Position numbers and translations under genes: made by a program
Part shown: positions 1 to 9,521 of the stretch, in pieces
Position numbering within the stretch: the stretch's first letter is position 1
Layout: each line of letters begins with the position of its first letter
The notes under the pieces: generated by a model
What the model saw: only the letters and a program-made list of their open reading frames with translations
What the model was told of the DNA's origin: nothing
Databases searched by the model: none
Source: Burkholderiales bacterium
GTDB taxonomy: Bacteria; Pseudomonadota; Gammaproteobacteria; Burkholderiales; SG8-39
Direction: 5' to 3'
Assembly (NCBI GenBank): GCA_036526195.1
Contig: DATCYZ010000029.1
Location: forward strand, 5,057-69,056
Length of the DNA: 64,000 nucleotides

Positions 1-815
<815 letters not shown>

Positions 816-824
816 GAGATCACC

Positions 825-1622
825 ATGCACGCATTCAAGTACCACCGCCCCGCCAGCGTGAAAGACGCGGAGGCACTCGCCACCAAGAACGCCGAGGGGC
901 GCCTCCTCGCCGGCGGCCAGAGCCTGGTGCAGGCGATGAAGCTGCGCCTGTCCTCGCCCACCGACCTGATCGACCTCGGCACCATCAAGGAACTCACCGG
1001 CATCAAGGTCTCGGGCGGCACGGTCGAGATTGGCGCCATGACGCGCCATTCCGAGGTGCACCGGTCGGCCGAAGTGAAGAAGGCCATTCCGGCCCTCGCC
1101 GCGCTCGCCGGCATGATCGGCGACCGGCAGGTACGCAACATGGGCACGATCGGCGGCTCGCTCGCCAACAACGACCCTGCAGCCGACTACCCGGGCGCGG
1201 TGCTCGGCCTGGGCGCCACGATCACCACCAACAAGCGCAAAATCGAGGCCGACAAGTTCTTCACTGGCCTGTACGAGACCGCGCTCAAGCCCGGGGAGAT
1301 CATCACCTCGGTGTCCTTCCCGGTGCCGAAGCGCGCCGCCTACACCAAGTTCAAGAACCCGGCCTCGCGCTTTGCCATCGTCGGCGTGTTCGTTGCCGAG
1401 ACCGCGAGCGGCGTGCGGGTTGCGGTGACCGGCGCGGGGGCCTGCGCCTTCCGGCAGACCGACATGGAGAAGGCGCTGGGCGCGAAGTTCGCGGCCGAGT
1501 CGATCGCCAAGGTGAAGGTCAAGCCCGACGACCTGAACACCGACCTGCACGCGAGCGCCGAGTACCGCGCGCACCTGATCGGCGTGATGGCCAAGCGCGC
1601 CGTCGAAGCCGCGCTGAAGTAG
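825..1622 (+). CDS. Mo-hydroxylase FAD-binding medium subunit (CoxM-like)
   Basis: ATG with an AGGAG RBS upstream. Motifs LLAGGQSLVQAMKLR and GTIGGSLANNDP are typical of the CoxM/XdhB FAD-binding family. 265 aa. Confidence 0.9.
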   Translation: MHAFKYHRPASVKDAEALATKNAEGRLLAGGQSLVQAMKLRLSSPTDLIDLGTIKELTGIKVSGGTVEIGAMTRHSEVHRSAEVKKAIPALAALAGMIGDRQVRNMGTIGGSLANNDPAADYPGAVLGLGATITTNKRKIEADKFFTGLYETALKPGEIITSVSFPVPKRAAYTKFKNPASRFAIVGVFVAETASGVRVAVTGAGACAFRQTDMEKALGAKFAAESIAKVKVKPDDLNTDLHASAEYRAHLIGVMAKRAVEAALK

Positions 1623-1641
1623 GCCGCGCGGGCGGAACCAC

Positions 1642-1665
1642 AAGCCCGCTTCGGCGGGCTTTTTC
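1642..1665 (+). terminator. rho-independent terminator after the CoxM-like gene
   Basis: Stem AAGCCCGC, loop TTCG, stem GCGGGCTT, followed by a T run. It starts 20 nt after the stop codon. Confidence 0.8.
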
Positions 1666-1695
1666 GTTATTGCCATTGCATCTGGAGAGACCGGA

Positions 1696-1953
1696 ATGAA
1701 ACTGACACTGTTCGACTGCGACGCCCCTGCCGCCGACATCGAGGCGGGCGCGGCGGCGGCGGCAAAGCTGATCGAGAGCCGCGGCTTTACCGTCGAGACC
1801 GCCTACAAGGCCGTCATGGCGCGCTCGGAGCGCGGCCGCTTCGAGCGCCGCATCGCCAAGGCCTGGGACGACGCCGAGGATGAGGCGCTGCGCGTGGTCT
1901 ACAAGGGCGAGGAACCGCCAGACGGTCCGGTGCTGGGGCCGGTGGAGTCCTGA
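1696..1953 (+). CDS. hypothetical small protein (85 aa)
   Basis: ATG preceded by GGAGAG. The product is acidic and Ala-rich, with no family signature I recognise. The call rests on the RBS and the lack of a better competing ORF. Confidence 0.45.
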   Translation: MKLTLFDCDAPAADIEAGAAAAAKLIESRGFTVETAYKAVMARSERGRFERRIAKAWDDAEDEALRVVYKGEEPPDGPVLGPVES

Positions 1954-2005
1954 GCCCGGCACCCGCGCACACGGAAACGAACGGGGCGCCGAGGCGCCCC
2001 GGGAC

Positions 2006-2053
2006 GAACCGGACGCCAGAGCGTCCGGAAAGGAACCGGACGCCAGAGCGTCC
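2006..2053. repeat. two direct copies of a 21-bp unit GAACCGGACGCCAGAGCGTCC, each containing a GGACGC/GCGTCC hairpin
   Basis: Copies read directly at 2006-2026 and 2033-2053 (period 27) in the convergent intergenic region. Confidence 0.9.
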
Positions 2054-2058
2054 TATGT

Positions 2059-2078
2059 AGTAACATATATGTTACTAT
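2059..2078. repeat. AT-rich 20-mer AGTAACATATATGTTACTAT (18-bp perfect palindrome plus AT); an identical copy lies at 52497-52516
   Basis: Read directly. AGTAACATA/TATGTTACT is self-complementary. It is the only AT-rich spot in this intergenic region. Confidence 0.95.
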
Positions 2079-2103
2079 ACGACCAGAACCGGCGTCAGGC
2101 GCT

Positions 2104-3072
2104 TCATTGCGCCTGGATGCCGGCCTCCTTGATCACCTTCGACCACTTCGCCATCTCGTTGCGGATGTAGGCGTCGAACTGCTCCGGGCTGTTGCCCACC
2201 GGCAGCAGCCCGCGCGCGACGAAGGCCTGCTTCACGTCGGGCTGGTTCAGGGCCTTGACCACTTCCTGGTTCAAGCGGTCGACCACCGCCTTGGGCGTGC
2301 CCGCCGTGGTGAGGAAGCCGTGCCAGATTCCGGTGTCGTAGCCCGGGATGCCGGCCTCGGCCACCGTCGGGATGTCCGGCGCCTGCTCGGCGCGCTGCGC
2401 CGAGGACACGGCGATGGCGCGCAGCTTGCCCGCCTTCACGTGCTGCAGCGGGAGCAGCATGTTGTCGAACATCAGCGGCACGGTGCCCGCGAGCAGGTCG
2501 GTGTAGGCCGGCGCGGTGCCCTTGTAGGCGATGTGGGTCATCTTCGTGCCGCTCAGGTTGGTGAGCAGTTCCATCGCGAAGTGCTGCGAGCTGCCGATGC
2601 CACCCGAGGCGAAGTTGAGCTTGCCCGGGTTCGCCTTGGCGTAGGCCACCAGCGACTTGAGGTCGGTCACCGGCAGCGACGGGTGCGTCACCAGCAGCAG
2701 CGGCCCTGTCACCAGGAGGGAAACCGGGGCCAGGTCCTTCAGCGTGTCATAGGGCAGCTTGGCCACGAGGTAGGGGTTGGTGGCATGGCCGAAGGCGCAC
2801 AGCACCAGCGTATGCCCGTCGGGCGTCGCCTTGGCGACCGCATCGGTGCCGACGATGCCGTTGGCGCCGGGCTTGTTTTCCACCACCACGGTCTGGCCGA
2901 GGCTTTCGCCCATCTTCTGCGCGATGGCACGGCCCATGTAGTCCGTCGCGCCGCCCGGCGCGAAGGGCACGATCACCCGGATCGTGCGTTGCGAGAGCGG
3001 CTGCGCCGCGAGGTTGCCGGCCATGAACACGGCGGCGAGGGCCAGCAGTCCTGCTTTCCATTTCAGTTTCAT
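2104..3072 (-). CDS. tripartite tricarboxylate transporter substrate-binding protein (Bug/TctC family), periplasmic, orphan
   Basis: Start reassigned to ATG 3072 (GGAG RBS) inside the 695-aa track ORF. Signal peptide MKLKWKAGLLALAAVFMAGNLAAQ. Family motifs PFAPGGATD, NKPGANG and GIGSSQHF are present. No tctA/tctB gene is adjacent. Confidence 0.9.
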   Translation of the reverse strand: MKLKWKAGLLALAAVFMAGNLAAQPLSQRTIRVIVPFAPGGATDYMGRAIAQKMGESLGQTVVVENKPGANGIVGTDAVAKATPDGHTLVLCAFGHATNPYLVAKLPYDTLKDLAPVSLLVTGPLLLVTHPSLPVTDLKSLVAYAKANPGKLNFASGGIGSSQHFAMELLTNLSGTKMTHIAYKGTAPAYTDLLAGTVPLMFDNMLLPLQHVKAGKLRAIAVSSAQRAEQAPDIPTVAEAGIPGYDTGIWHGFLTTAGTPKAVVDRLNQEVVKALNQPDVKQAFVARGLLPVGNSPEQFDAYIRNEMAKWSKVIKEAGIQAQ

Positions 3073-3113
3073 TTCAATGTTCTCCTCAGGGAACGTCAAC
3101 GATCGGGATGCGT

Positions 3114-4094
3114 TCAGGCAGGCACCGCGCGACGCGCGCGCGGCCAGACTTGCGGATTGACGAAGTTCAGCGGGCGCTCCCCCGCCAGCAGGCGCAGCAC
3201 CTCGCGCGCCGCGCCCTCGCCCATGCGGCGCGAGGCTTCCGGCGTGAGCCCGGCGGCATGCGGCGTCAGCAGCACGTTCTCCAGGCCGAGGAACGGGTGC
3301 GTACGCGCGATCGGCTGCTCGGCGTACACGTCGATGGCGGCCCCGCCGAGACGCCCCTCGGCAAGCGCGCGCGCCAGCGCCTGCTCGTCGATCACCGCGC
3401 CGCGCGCCGCGTTCACGACGAACGCCTGCGGCTTCATCAGCGCCAGGCGCCGGGCATCGAGCAGGTGCCGTGTTTCGGGAGTCAGGGGACAGCTGAACGA
3501 GACGAAGTCGCTCTCCGCGAACAGCGCATCGAGCGCCGTCGGCACGACGAACGCCGGCAGGGCGTCCATCCTGCGCTGGTGCCCGAGCACCCGCATGCCG
3601 AAGCCGTGGTGGCAGATCTCCGCGAGGCGGGTGCCGATCGCGCCGAGGCCGACGATGCCGATCGTCCGGCCGGCAAGCTCCCGCGTGCTGCCGGCGTGGC
3701 GCCGGGCCTCGTTCCAGCCGGCGTCGCGCAAGGCGCGATCCATGGCCGGGAGCCGGCGCGCGAGCGCAAGCAGCGCGCCGATGCAGTACTCGGCCACGGC
3801 CCCGGCATTCACGCCGGGGACATTGGCCACCGGGACGTCCTGCACGGTCGCGGCGTCGACCGGAATCAGGTCGAGCCCGGTGCCATGCCGCACGATGCCG
3901 AGCAGCCGGTGCGGGCGATCCAGCAGGTCCGCCGGCAGTTGCGTGCGCACCACCAGCACGTCCGCGTCCCCGACCATGCGCCGCAGGGTGTCCGCGGAAG
4001 GATCCGGCGCGACGACGATCTCCGCATGGCCCGCGAGCATGGCGTCGGCCACCGGGTCCATGGCGATCGAGGCAAGGATCTTCGGCAGGGCCAT
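3114..4094 (-). CDS. D-isomer-specific 2-hydroxyacid dehydrogenase family protein (NAD-binding)
   Basis: Start at ATG 4094, 8 nt after the upstream stop. Rossmann motif GIVGLGAIGTRLA. NAARGAVIDEQAL and LLTPHAAG motifs. 326 aa. Confidence 0.9.
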   Translation of the reverse strand: MALPKILASIAMDPVADAMLAGHAEIVVAPDPSADTLRRMVGDADVLVVRTQLPADLLDRPHRLLGIVRHGTGLDLIPVDAATVQDVPVANVPGVNAGAVAEYCIGALLALARRLPAMDRALRDAGWNEARRHAGSTRELAGRTIGIVGLGAIGTRLAEICHHGFGMRVLGHQRRMDALPAFVVPTALDALFAESDFVSFSCPLTPETRHLLDARRLALMKPQAFVVNAARGAVIDEQALARALAEGRLGGAAIDVYAEQPIARTHPFLGLENVLLTPHAAGLTPEASRRMGEGAAREVLRLLAGERPLNFVNPQVWPRARRAVPA

Positions 4095-4102
4095 GGCGCG
4101 GC

Positions 4103-5242
4103 TCAGGCCACCCGGTACTTGTCGAGGATGGCGCGATCGATCTCGATACCCAGGCCGGGGCCGGTCGGCACCTCGACCCAGCCGCGCGCATGGGTGATGG
4201 GCACCTGGCTCAGCTGGTCGCGGAACGGGTTGAAGGTCTGCTCGTACTCCAGCAGCGGCGGCATCGGCACCAGGCAGGGCGGGCACTCGGGCAGCGAGGC
4301 GAGGTAGTGCAGCGTCGCCGCGAGCCCGATGGCGGTGCCCCAGGCGTGCGGCACGCACTGGGTGCCGTGCGCCTGCGCGAGCGCGGCGATCTTCTTGCAC
4401 TCGGTGAGGCCGCCCGCCGCGCAGACATCCGGCTGCACGATGTCCATGGCACGGCGCACCAGGATCTCGCGGAAGCTGAACTTGGTGAACTCGTTCTCGC
4501 CGCCGGCCACCGCCATGTCGAGCGCCCGCGTCACCTCGACATAGCCCTCGAGGTCCTCGGGCGACACCGGCTCCTCGAACCAGGCCACGTTCAGCTTTTC
4601 GAGCTCGCGGCCGATGTTGATCGCCTGCGGCACGTTGAAGCAGTGGTTCGCGTCCACCATCAGGTCCACGTCCGGGCCGATGGCGTCGCGCACCGCGGCC
4701 ACGCGCGCGATGTCCTTCTTCAGCGAGCCCAGCCCGATCTTCATCTTCACTGCGCGAAAGCCCTGCTCGACGTAGCCGAGGGCTTCCTCGACCGCCTCCT
4801 CGTTCAGCCGGTTCATGTCGCGGAAGTACAGGCCGGTGGCGTAGGACTCGACGCGGGTGCGAAACGCCCCGCCCAGCAGCTTGTGCACCGGCTTGTTGCA
4901 GGCCTTGCCGATGATGTCCCAGAGCGCGATGTCGACGCCGCTGATGCTCGAGATCGTCATGCCGGTGAGGCCGTAATCCTTCACCTTGTTGTAGAGCGCC
5001 TCCCAGATCACCTCGACGTCGAAGGGATCGCGACCGATGAGCGAGGGCTTGAGCAGGGTGTCGACGATGCTCTTGTTGACCGCGGCCGGGCCGTAGCAGT
5101 CGCCCCAGCCGGTGAGGCCCTCGTCGGTCAGGATCTCGACCACCAGCGCGCCCTTGGTCTTGTAGGTCCAGCCGCGCGCGGAGGTGAACGGTTCGTCGAC
5201 CGGGACCGAAAGCTGGTGGCTGATGACGTCGGTGATCTTCAT
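4103..5242 (-). CDS. enolase-superfamily enzyme (mandelate racemase/muconate lactonizing family; probable acid-sugar dehydratase)
   Basis: 379 aa. N-terminal capping domain (EGLTGWGDCYG). Barrel-domain segments KMKIG, VDANHCF, WFEEP and AGGENE resemble the metal-ligand regions of the family. Confidence 0.85.
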   Translation of the reverse strand: MKITDVISHQLSVPVDEPFTSARGWTYKTKGALVVEILTDEGLTGWGDCYGPAAVNKSIVDTLLKPSLIGRDPFDVEVIWEALYNKVKDYGLTGMTISSISGVDIALWDIIGKACNKPVHKLLGGAFRTRVESYATGLYFRDMNRLNEEAVEEALGYVEQGFRAVKMKIGLGSLKKDIARVAAVRDAIGPDVDLMVDANHCFNVPQAINIGRELEKLNVAWFEEPVSPEDLEGYVEVTRALDMAVAGGENEFTKFSFREILVRRAMDIVQPDVCAAGGLTECKKIAALAQAHGTQCVPHAWGTAIGLAATLHYLASLPECPPCLVPMPPLLEYEQTFNPFRDQLSQVPITHARGWVEVPTGPGLGIEIDRAILDKYRVA

Positions 5243-5264
5243 GGCGGGCCGGGGTCCGGATCAA

Positions 5265-5276
5265 TCCTATATAGGA
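5265..5276. promoter_or_regulatory. candidate operator: perfect 12-bp palindrome TCCTATATAGGA
   Basis: Lies 23 nt upstream of the enolase-family start codon and just downstream of the GntR gene. The AT-rich core resembles HutC/GntR-type operators. There is no experimental support. Confidence 0.35.
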
Positions 5277-5335
5277 CTTGCAGCATCCGCCAAGCCCCGC
5301 GCCGCGTCAAGTCGCGACGCGAACCCGCGCCACGC

Positions 5336-6106
5336 TCAGCCCACCAGCAGGCGACGGCTGTTCGGCGGGATGAGCAGGTCCTGCAGGTAGACCGGGGCGC
5401 CGCGCCGGTCGTAGGCCACGATCTCGAGCCGCGCGCCCGAGGTCCCGCGCTTCACGCCGATCTCCCGGCAGACCGCCGGCGGGAACACCGCCACGCCGAG
5501 CGTTTCGCTGAAACGGGCAAGCGAAAGGTGGTAGTCGCGTGCCAGCAGGTCCTTGAAATTCACGCCGTTCAGCCCGGCGAGCGGCATGCTGGCCAGCGCC
5601 GGAAAGCGCGCCGCATCCAGGTACAGGTGGGTGTAGATGCGAAACGCATTGTCGATCGAGAACACGCGCTCGATGCACAGCACCTGGGCCCCGCCCCCGA
5701 ACAGGGGGCTCCACGCCCCCGTGCCCGCGACCGGCCCCCGGCGCAGCACCCGGGAATAGATCGGCAGCGGCGTGCGACCGTCCTCGCCCAGGAACCGGCA
5801 ATGCATGAAGGGGGCGCTCATGGGCCGCTCGCCGTCGGCCACGAAGGTGCCCAAGCCCTGCCGGCGCACCACCAGGCCGTCCTCCGCGAGCGCGCGCAGG
5901 GCGCGCTGCACGGTGCCGAGCGAAAGCCCGGTGGTCCCGGTCAGATGGTCCTCGGTGGGAATCTTCTCGCCGGGCTTCCAGCGGCCGGCGGCGATCTCCG
6001 CGGCCAGCGCGTGACGCAGTTGCAGGTATTTGGGAACGCCTTCCTGGGGCGTGGGCCGCGGCACGGCGCCTCGCGCGCCGCGCCGGACCTGCGTCGTGGG
6101 TTTCAT
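5336..6106 (-). CDS. GntR family transcriptional regulator (HutC/UTRA type)
   Basis: N-terminal winged HTH KIPTEDHLTGTTGLSLGTVQRALRALAEDGLVVRRQGLGTFV, followed by an effector-binding domain of about 150 aa. 256 aa. Confidence 0.9.
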   Translation of the reverse strand: MKPTTQVRRGARGAVPRPTPQEGVPKYLQLRHALAAEIAAGRWKPGEKIPTEDHLTGTTGLSLGTVQRALRALAEDGLVVRRQGLGTFVADGERPMSAPFMHCRFLGEDGRTPLPIYSRVLRRGPVAGTGAWSPLFGGGAQVLCIERVFSIDNAFRIYTHLYLDAARFPALASMPLAGLNGVNFKDLLARDYHLSLARFSETLGVAVFPPAVCREIGVKRGTSGARLEIVAYDRRGAPVYLQDLLIPPNSRRLLVG

Positions 6107-6158
6107 GTCGAAGAGTCTACCGCGGCGACGCCCCGGGGCCTTTCACCCCGACGCCGTT

Positions 6159-6803
6159 TCAGCCCGCGATGATGTTGCCGCGCTCGATGACGAAGGTGCG
6201 ATCCAGCAGGCGGCCGATGTGCACGTCATTCGATTCGGCGATCAGCACCGACTCGCCCTTCTGCTTCAGGTCGGCCATGATCTCGACCATGCGCTGCGCA
6301 AGCACCGGCGCGATCCCCTCCCCGGGTTCGTCGAGCAGCAGCAGCTTCGTCCCGGCCATCAGGGCGCGCGCAAAGGCGACGAACTTCTGCTGGCCGCCCG
6401 AGAGCTGGGTCGCGCCACGGTGACGGAAGGCCTCGACTTCGGGCATCAGTTCATAGATGCGCGCGAGGCGCGCCTGCGCGTCCGGCGCCCCGGTCGCCCA
6501 CATCGGCAGCAGGATGTTCTCCTCGGCGCTCAGGTCCGGCACCAGTCGCCGGTCCTCGGGCATGTAACCGATGCCCAGCCGGGCGCGCCCGTGCGGCGGG
6601 ACCGCTGCAAGTGCCTCGCCGCCGAAACTCATGCTGCCTGCCTGGTTGCGCAGCACCCCCATCACGGCGCGCATCAGCGTGGTCTTGCCCGCGCCGTTGC
6701 GACCGATGAGGCCGCACATCGTGCCCGGCGGCACCTCGAGATTGATGTCGCGGAGGATCGGCGTCGGCCCGATATTGACGCTGATCCCTTCGAGCTTAAG
6801 CAC
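6159..6803 (-). CDS. ABC transporter ATP-binding protein (LivF-like, branched-chain amino acid/HAAT family)
   Basis: GTG start overlapping the upstream stop by 8 nt. Walker A GRNGAGKTT, signature LSGGQQ, Walker B LLLLDEP. Confidence 0.9.
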   Translation of the reverse strand: MLKLEGISVNIGPTPILRDINLEVPPGTMCGLIGRNGAGKTTLMRAVMGVLRNQAGSMSFGGEALAAVPPHGRARLGIGYMPEDRRLVPDLSAEENILLPMWATGAPDAQARLARIYELMPEVEAFRHRGATQLSGGQQKFVAFARALMAGTKLLLLDEPGEGIAPVLAQRMVEIMADLKQKGESVLIAESNDVHIGRLLDRTFVIERGNIIAG

Positions 6804-7593
6804 CGGCCTTCTCCCCCTTGCCTTCGTCGCCCGCGCGGCCGCGGTGATACTCCTTGCCGATCACGAATTCCTTGACCTTCGGATCCTTCAGCGCCTCGGC
6901 GGTCGGCGCATCGCAGATGATCTCGCCCTGGTAGAAGGCAAGCACCCGGCTGACGTAGCGCTCGACGATCTCCATGTCGTGCTCGATGAACAGCACCGTG
7001 GTCCGCGCCTCGCGCAGCGCGCCCATGATGATGTCCATGATGTCGAACTTCTCCTCGATGCTGATGCCGCTGGTGGGCTCATCGAGCATGATCAGACGCG
7101 GCTTGCTGACCATGGCCATGGCGATGTCGAGCAGCTTGCGCACCCCCTGCGGCAGCGAGGACGCGATCACGTCGCGATACTCGGAGATCCGGTAGCGCTC
7201 GAGTTGCTCGGCCACGCGGCGCGCACGGGATTCGGTGTGCAGGATCCGCAGCAGGCCCGGCCCGCGCATCTCCGCCACGCCGAACGCGATCAGCATGTTG
7301 TCGAACACGGTTTCCGAGGCGAACACCTGCGCCACCTGGAACGACCGGCTGATGCCGAGCCGGGTGATCGCGCGGGGCCGCAGGCCGAGGATCGAACGCC
7401 CCAGGAAGTCGATCTCCCCGGCGCTCGGCGGGAGGTAGCCGGTCACCATGTTGACGAAGGTCGTCTTGCCGGCGCCATTCGCGCCGATCACGCCGACCAC
7501 TTCCTGCTCGGCGATCTCGACGTTGATATTGGCCGCGGCGGTGACCGCGCCGAAGTTCTTCGCCAGATCGCGGACCGCGAGGACCGCGCTCAT
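6796..7593 (-). CDS. ABC transporter ATP-binding protein (LivG-like)
   Basis: Start reassigned to ATG 7593 (4-nt overlap with the permease gene). Walker A GANGAGKTT, Walker B LIMLDEP. 265 aa. Confidence 0.9.
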   Translation of the reverse strand: MSAVLAVRDLAKNFGAVTAAANINVEIAEQEVVGVIGANGAGKTTFVNMVTGYLPPSAGEIDFLGRSILGLRPRAITRLGISRSFQVAQVFASETVFDNMLIAFGVAEMRGPGLLRILHTESRARRVAEQLERYRISEYRDVIASSLPQGVRKLLDIAMAMVSKPRLIMLDEPTSGISIEEKFDIMDIIMGALREARTTVLFIEHDMEIVERYVSRVLAFYQGEIICDAPTAEALKDPKVKEFVIGKEYHRGRAGDEGKGEKAGA

Positions 7594-8540
7594 GACGCGC
7601 GCCTCTCGCGGAGACGCGCCACCATCGACCACAGGCCGTTCGGCAGGAACATGATGATCGCCAGCAGCGTGCCGCCCATGATCAGCTGCCACACGGTCGG
7701 TGCCCACTGGAAGGCCGCCGAGCGGATCGCCTCGAACGCAAGCGCCCCGATGAACGTCGCCCCGACGTTTCCGGTGCCCCCCAGAATGGCGATGAACACG
7801 AACTCGCCGGAGATCGTCCAGTAGGCCATCGAATCGGGGTCCACCTGCCCGACCACCATCGCCATCAGCGCGCCGCCGAAACCGCCCAGCACGCCCGAGA
7901 TCACGTACTTCACGTGCACCGCGCGCGCCGCCGAATACCCGAGGTACTCGAGGCGGATCTCGTTCTCGCGCACCGCCGTAGACATCGAGCCCAGCGTCGA
8001 GCGCAGGTACAGGTGCACGCCGATGGCGAAGACGAGCGCGGAGGACAGGGCGAAGTAGAACAGCGCAAGGTGGGTCGCGCCCCCGTCGAGTTCGACGCCG
8101 AAGAATTCCGGCGACGCCACCCCCATCCCGTCGGTGCTGCCAAGCGCCTCGTTCTTGGCCAGCAGGCCCCAGAGCACCATCGAAAAGGCCATGTTGAGCA
8201 GGGCGAAGAAGATGCCGCGATACCGACACAGCAGGAAGCCGAGCGCAAAGGCCATCAGTCCGCCGCCCAGCATGCCGGCAAGCGTCATGACAAAGGCGTC
8301 GTTGACCAGGGCGCGCTGCACGAAGGCCGCGGCGTAGGCGCCGATGGCGAAGAACAGCGCGTGGCCGAAGGACACCAGGCCTGTGCGCCAAAGCACCAGA
8401 AGCCCGAGCGCCACCGCGCCGCGCGCGAAGCTCTGCGTCGCGATGAAGCGCACCCAGTCCGGCAGCAACAGCGCCAGCAGGCCGAACAAGACGGCCGCCG
8501 CGGTCAGGCCGATGACGGTGCGATCGATGAGCCGGGTCAT
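7590..8540 (-). CDS. branched-chain amino acid ABC transporter permease (LivM-like)
   Basis: 316 aa, strongly hydrophobic multi-pass protein. ATGA overlap with the upstream LivH-like gene. Confidence 0.85.
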   Translation of the reverse strand: MTRLIDRTVIGLTAAAVLFGLLALLLPDWVRFIATQSFARGAVALGLLVLWRTGLVSFGHALFFAIGAYAAAFVQRALVNDAFVMTLAGMLGGGLMAFALGFLLCRYRGIFFALLNMAFSMVLWGLLAKNEALGSTDGMGVASPEFFGVELDGGATHLALFYFALSSALVFAIGVHLYLRSTLGSMSTAVRENEIRLEYLGYSAARAVHVKYVISGVLGGFGGALMAMVVGQVDPDSMAYWTISGEFVFIAILGGTGNVGATFIGALAFEAIRSAAFQWAPTVWQLIMGGTLLAIIMFLPNGLWSMVARLRERRAS

Positions 8541-9433
8541 ATCTTGCGCGCCGTCACGGGAGCAAACAGGCCTTCCGGCCGCCAGATCAGCACCGCCGCC
8601 ATGATGCCGTAGATCACGAACAGCTCGATCTGCGGCAGCATGTGGATGGCGGCGGCGCGCGAGATGCCGACGACGATCGCGCCGATCAGCGCGCCCGGAA
8701 TGCTGCCCATCCCGCCGATGACCACGACCGCAAAGGCCAGCACGATCACCTCCACGCCGATGCCGGGCTGCACCGAGATCGTCGGCGCGAGGTAGGCGCC
8801 GCCCAGGGCGGCCAGCATCGAGCCGATGATGAAGGTGCCGAGGAACACCGCGGTGACGTTGATGCCCATGGCACGACTGATCTCACGGTCGAAGATCACC
8901 GCGCGCAGCATCTTGCCCCAGGTCGTGCGCCGCAGCGCGTACCAGAGCCCCGTGGCGAGCGCGGCGGAGATCCCGATCATGGACAGGTTGAAATTGTCGA
9001 AGGCGAGGCCGGCGATCCGCGTCGAGCCGAGCAACTGCATCGGCTGAAACGCATAGTACGGATCGTGACCCCAGACCAGCAGGATCACGTCCTCGAGCAC
9101 CAGGAACGCCGCAAAGGTGGCAAGCACGACGATGTGCTCGTCGCGATCGTAGAGGAACTTGAGCAGGCCGCGTTCGATGATCACGCCGAGCACCACGCCG
9201 ACGATGACGGCTGCCGCGAGAATCATCAGGAACCCGCCGAAGGCGGGCAGGTCGGCCCCGTACCAGAGGCCGATCAGCGTGGCGGACATGTACGCGCCGA
9301 ACGCGAAGAATGCGCCGTGCGTCACGTTCAGCACGCGCTGCACGCCGAAAATCACCGTCAATCCGACCCCCACCATGAACAGGTAGGAGGCGTAGACCAG
9401 CCCATCGACCAGCACCACGGCGGCAAGCTGCAC
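8537..9433 (-). CDS. branched-chain amino acid ABC transporter permease (LivH-like)
   Basis: 298 aa multi-pass membrane protein with a GTG start. The first permease gene of the LIV-type operon. Confidence 0.85.
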   Translation of the reverse strand: MQLAAVVLVDGLVYASYLFMVGVGLTVIFGVQRVLNVTHGAFFAFGAYMSATLIGLWYGADLPAFGGFLMILAAAVIVGVVLGVIIERGLLKFLYDRDEHIVVLATFAAFLVLEDVILLVWGHDPYYAFQPMQLLGSTRIAGLAFDNFNLSMIGISAALATGLWYALRRTTWGKMLRAVIFDREISRAMGINVTAVFLGTFIIGSMLAALGGAYLAPTISVQPGIGVEVIVLAFAVVVIGGMGSIPGALIGAIVVGISRAAAIHMLPQIELFVIYGIMAAVLIWRPEGLFAPVTARKI

Positions 9434-9470
9434 GCGGACCCCTCTTCAGACCAGAATCGTTGATGGCAAG

Positions 9471-9503
9471 CGAAAACGGCCGGGCGCGTGACAGCGCCCG
9501 GCC
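9471..9503 (-). terminator. intra-operon hairpin/partial terminator between the binding-protein gene and the permease genes
   Basis: Perfect 10-bp stem GGCCGGGCGC / GCGCCCGGCC with a 6-nt loop, followed on the minus strand by GTTTTCG. This arrangement is common after ABC binding-protein genes. Confidence 0.55.
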
Positions 9504-9521
9504 GGAGACCTGACTAGCGAA

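Noticed and set aside
2006-2053. Possible CRISPR array, suggested by the 21-bp direct repeats
   Set aside because: There are only two copies and a 6-nt spacer, and no cas genes. It is a small tandem hairpin repeat.
2104-4191. Long N-terminal extensions of track ORFs (for example the 695-aa ORF ending in the TctC-like protein, the 716-aa ORF at 3114-5264 and the 647-aa ORF at 60028-61971), which could be read as giant fusion proteins
   Set aside because: The upstream parts are Arg/Pro/Gly-rich and overlap real genes on the same or the opposite strand. Internal ATG or GTG codons with RBS-like sequences or signal peptides give products of the normal family length.
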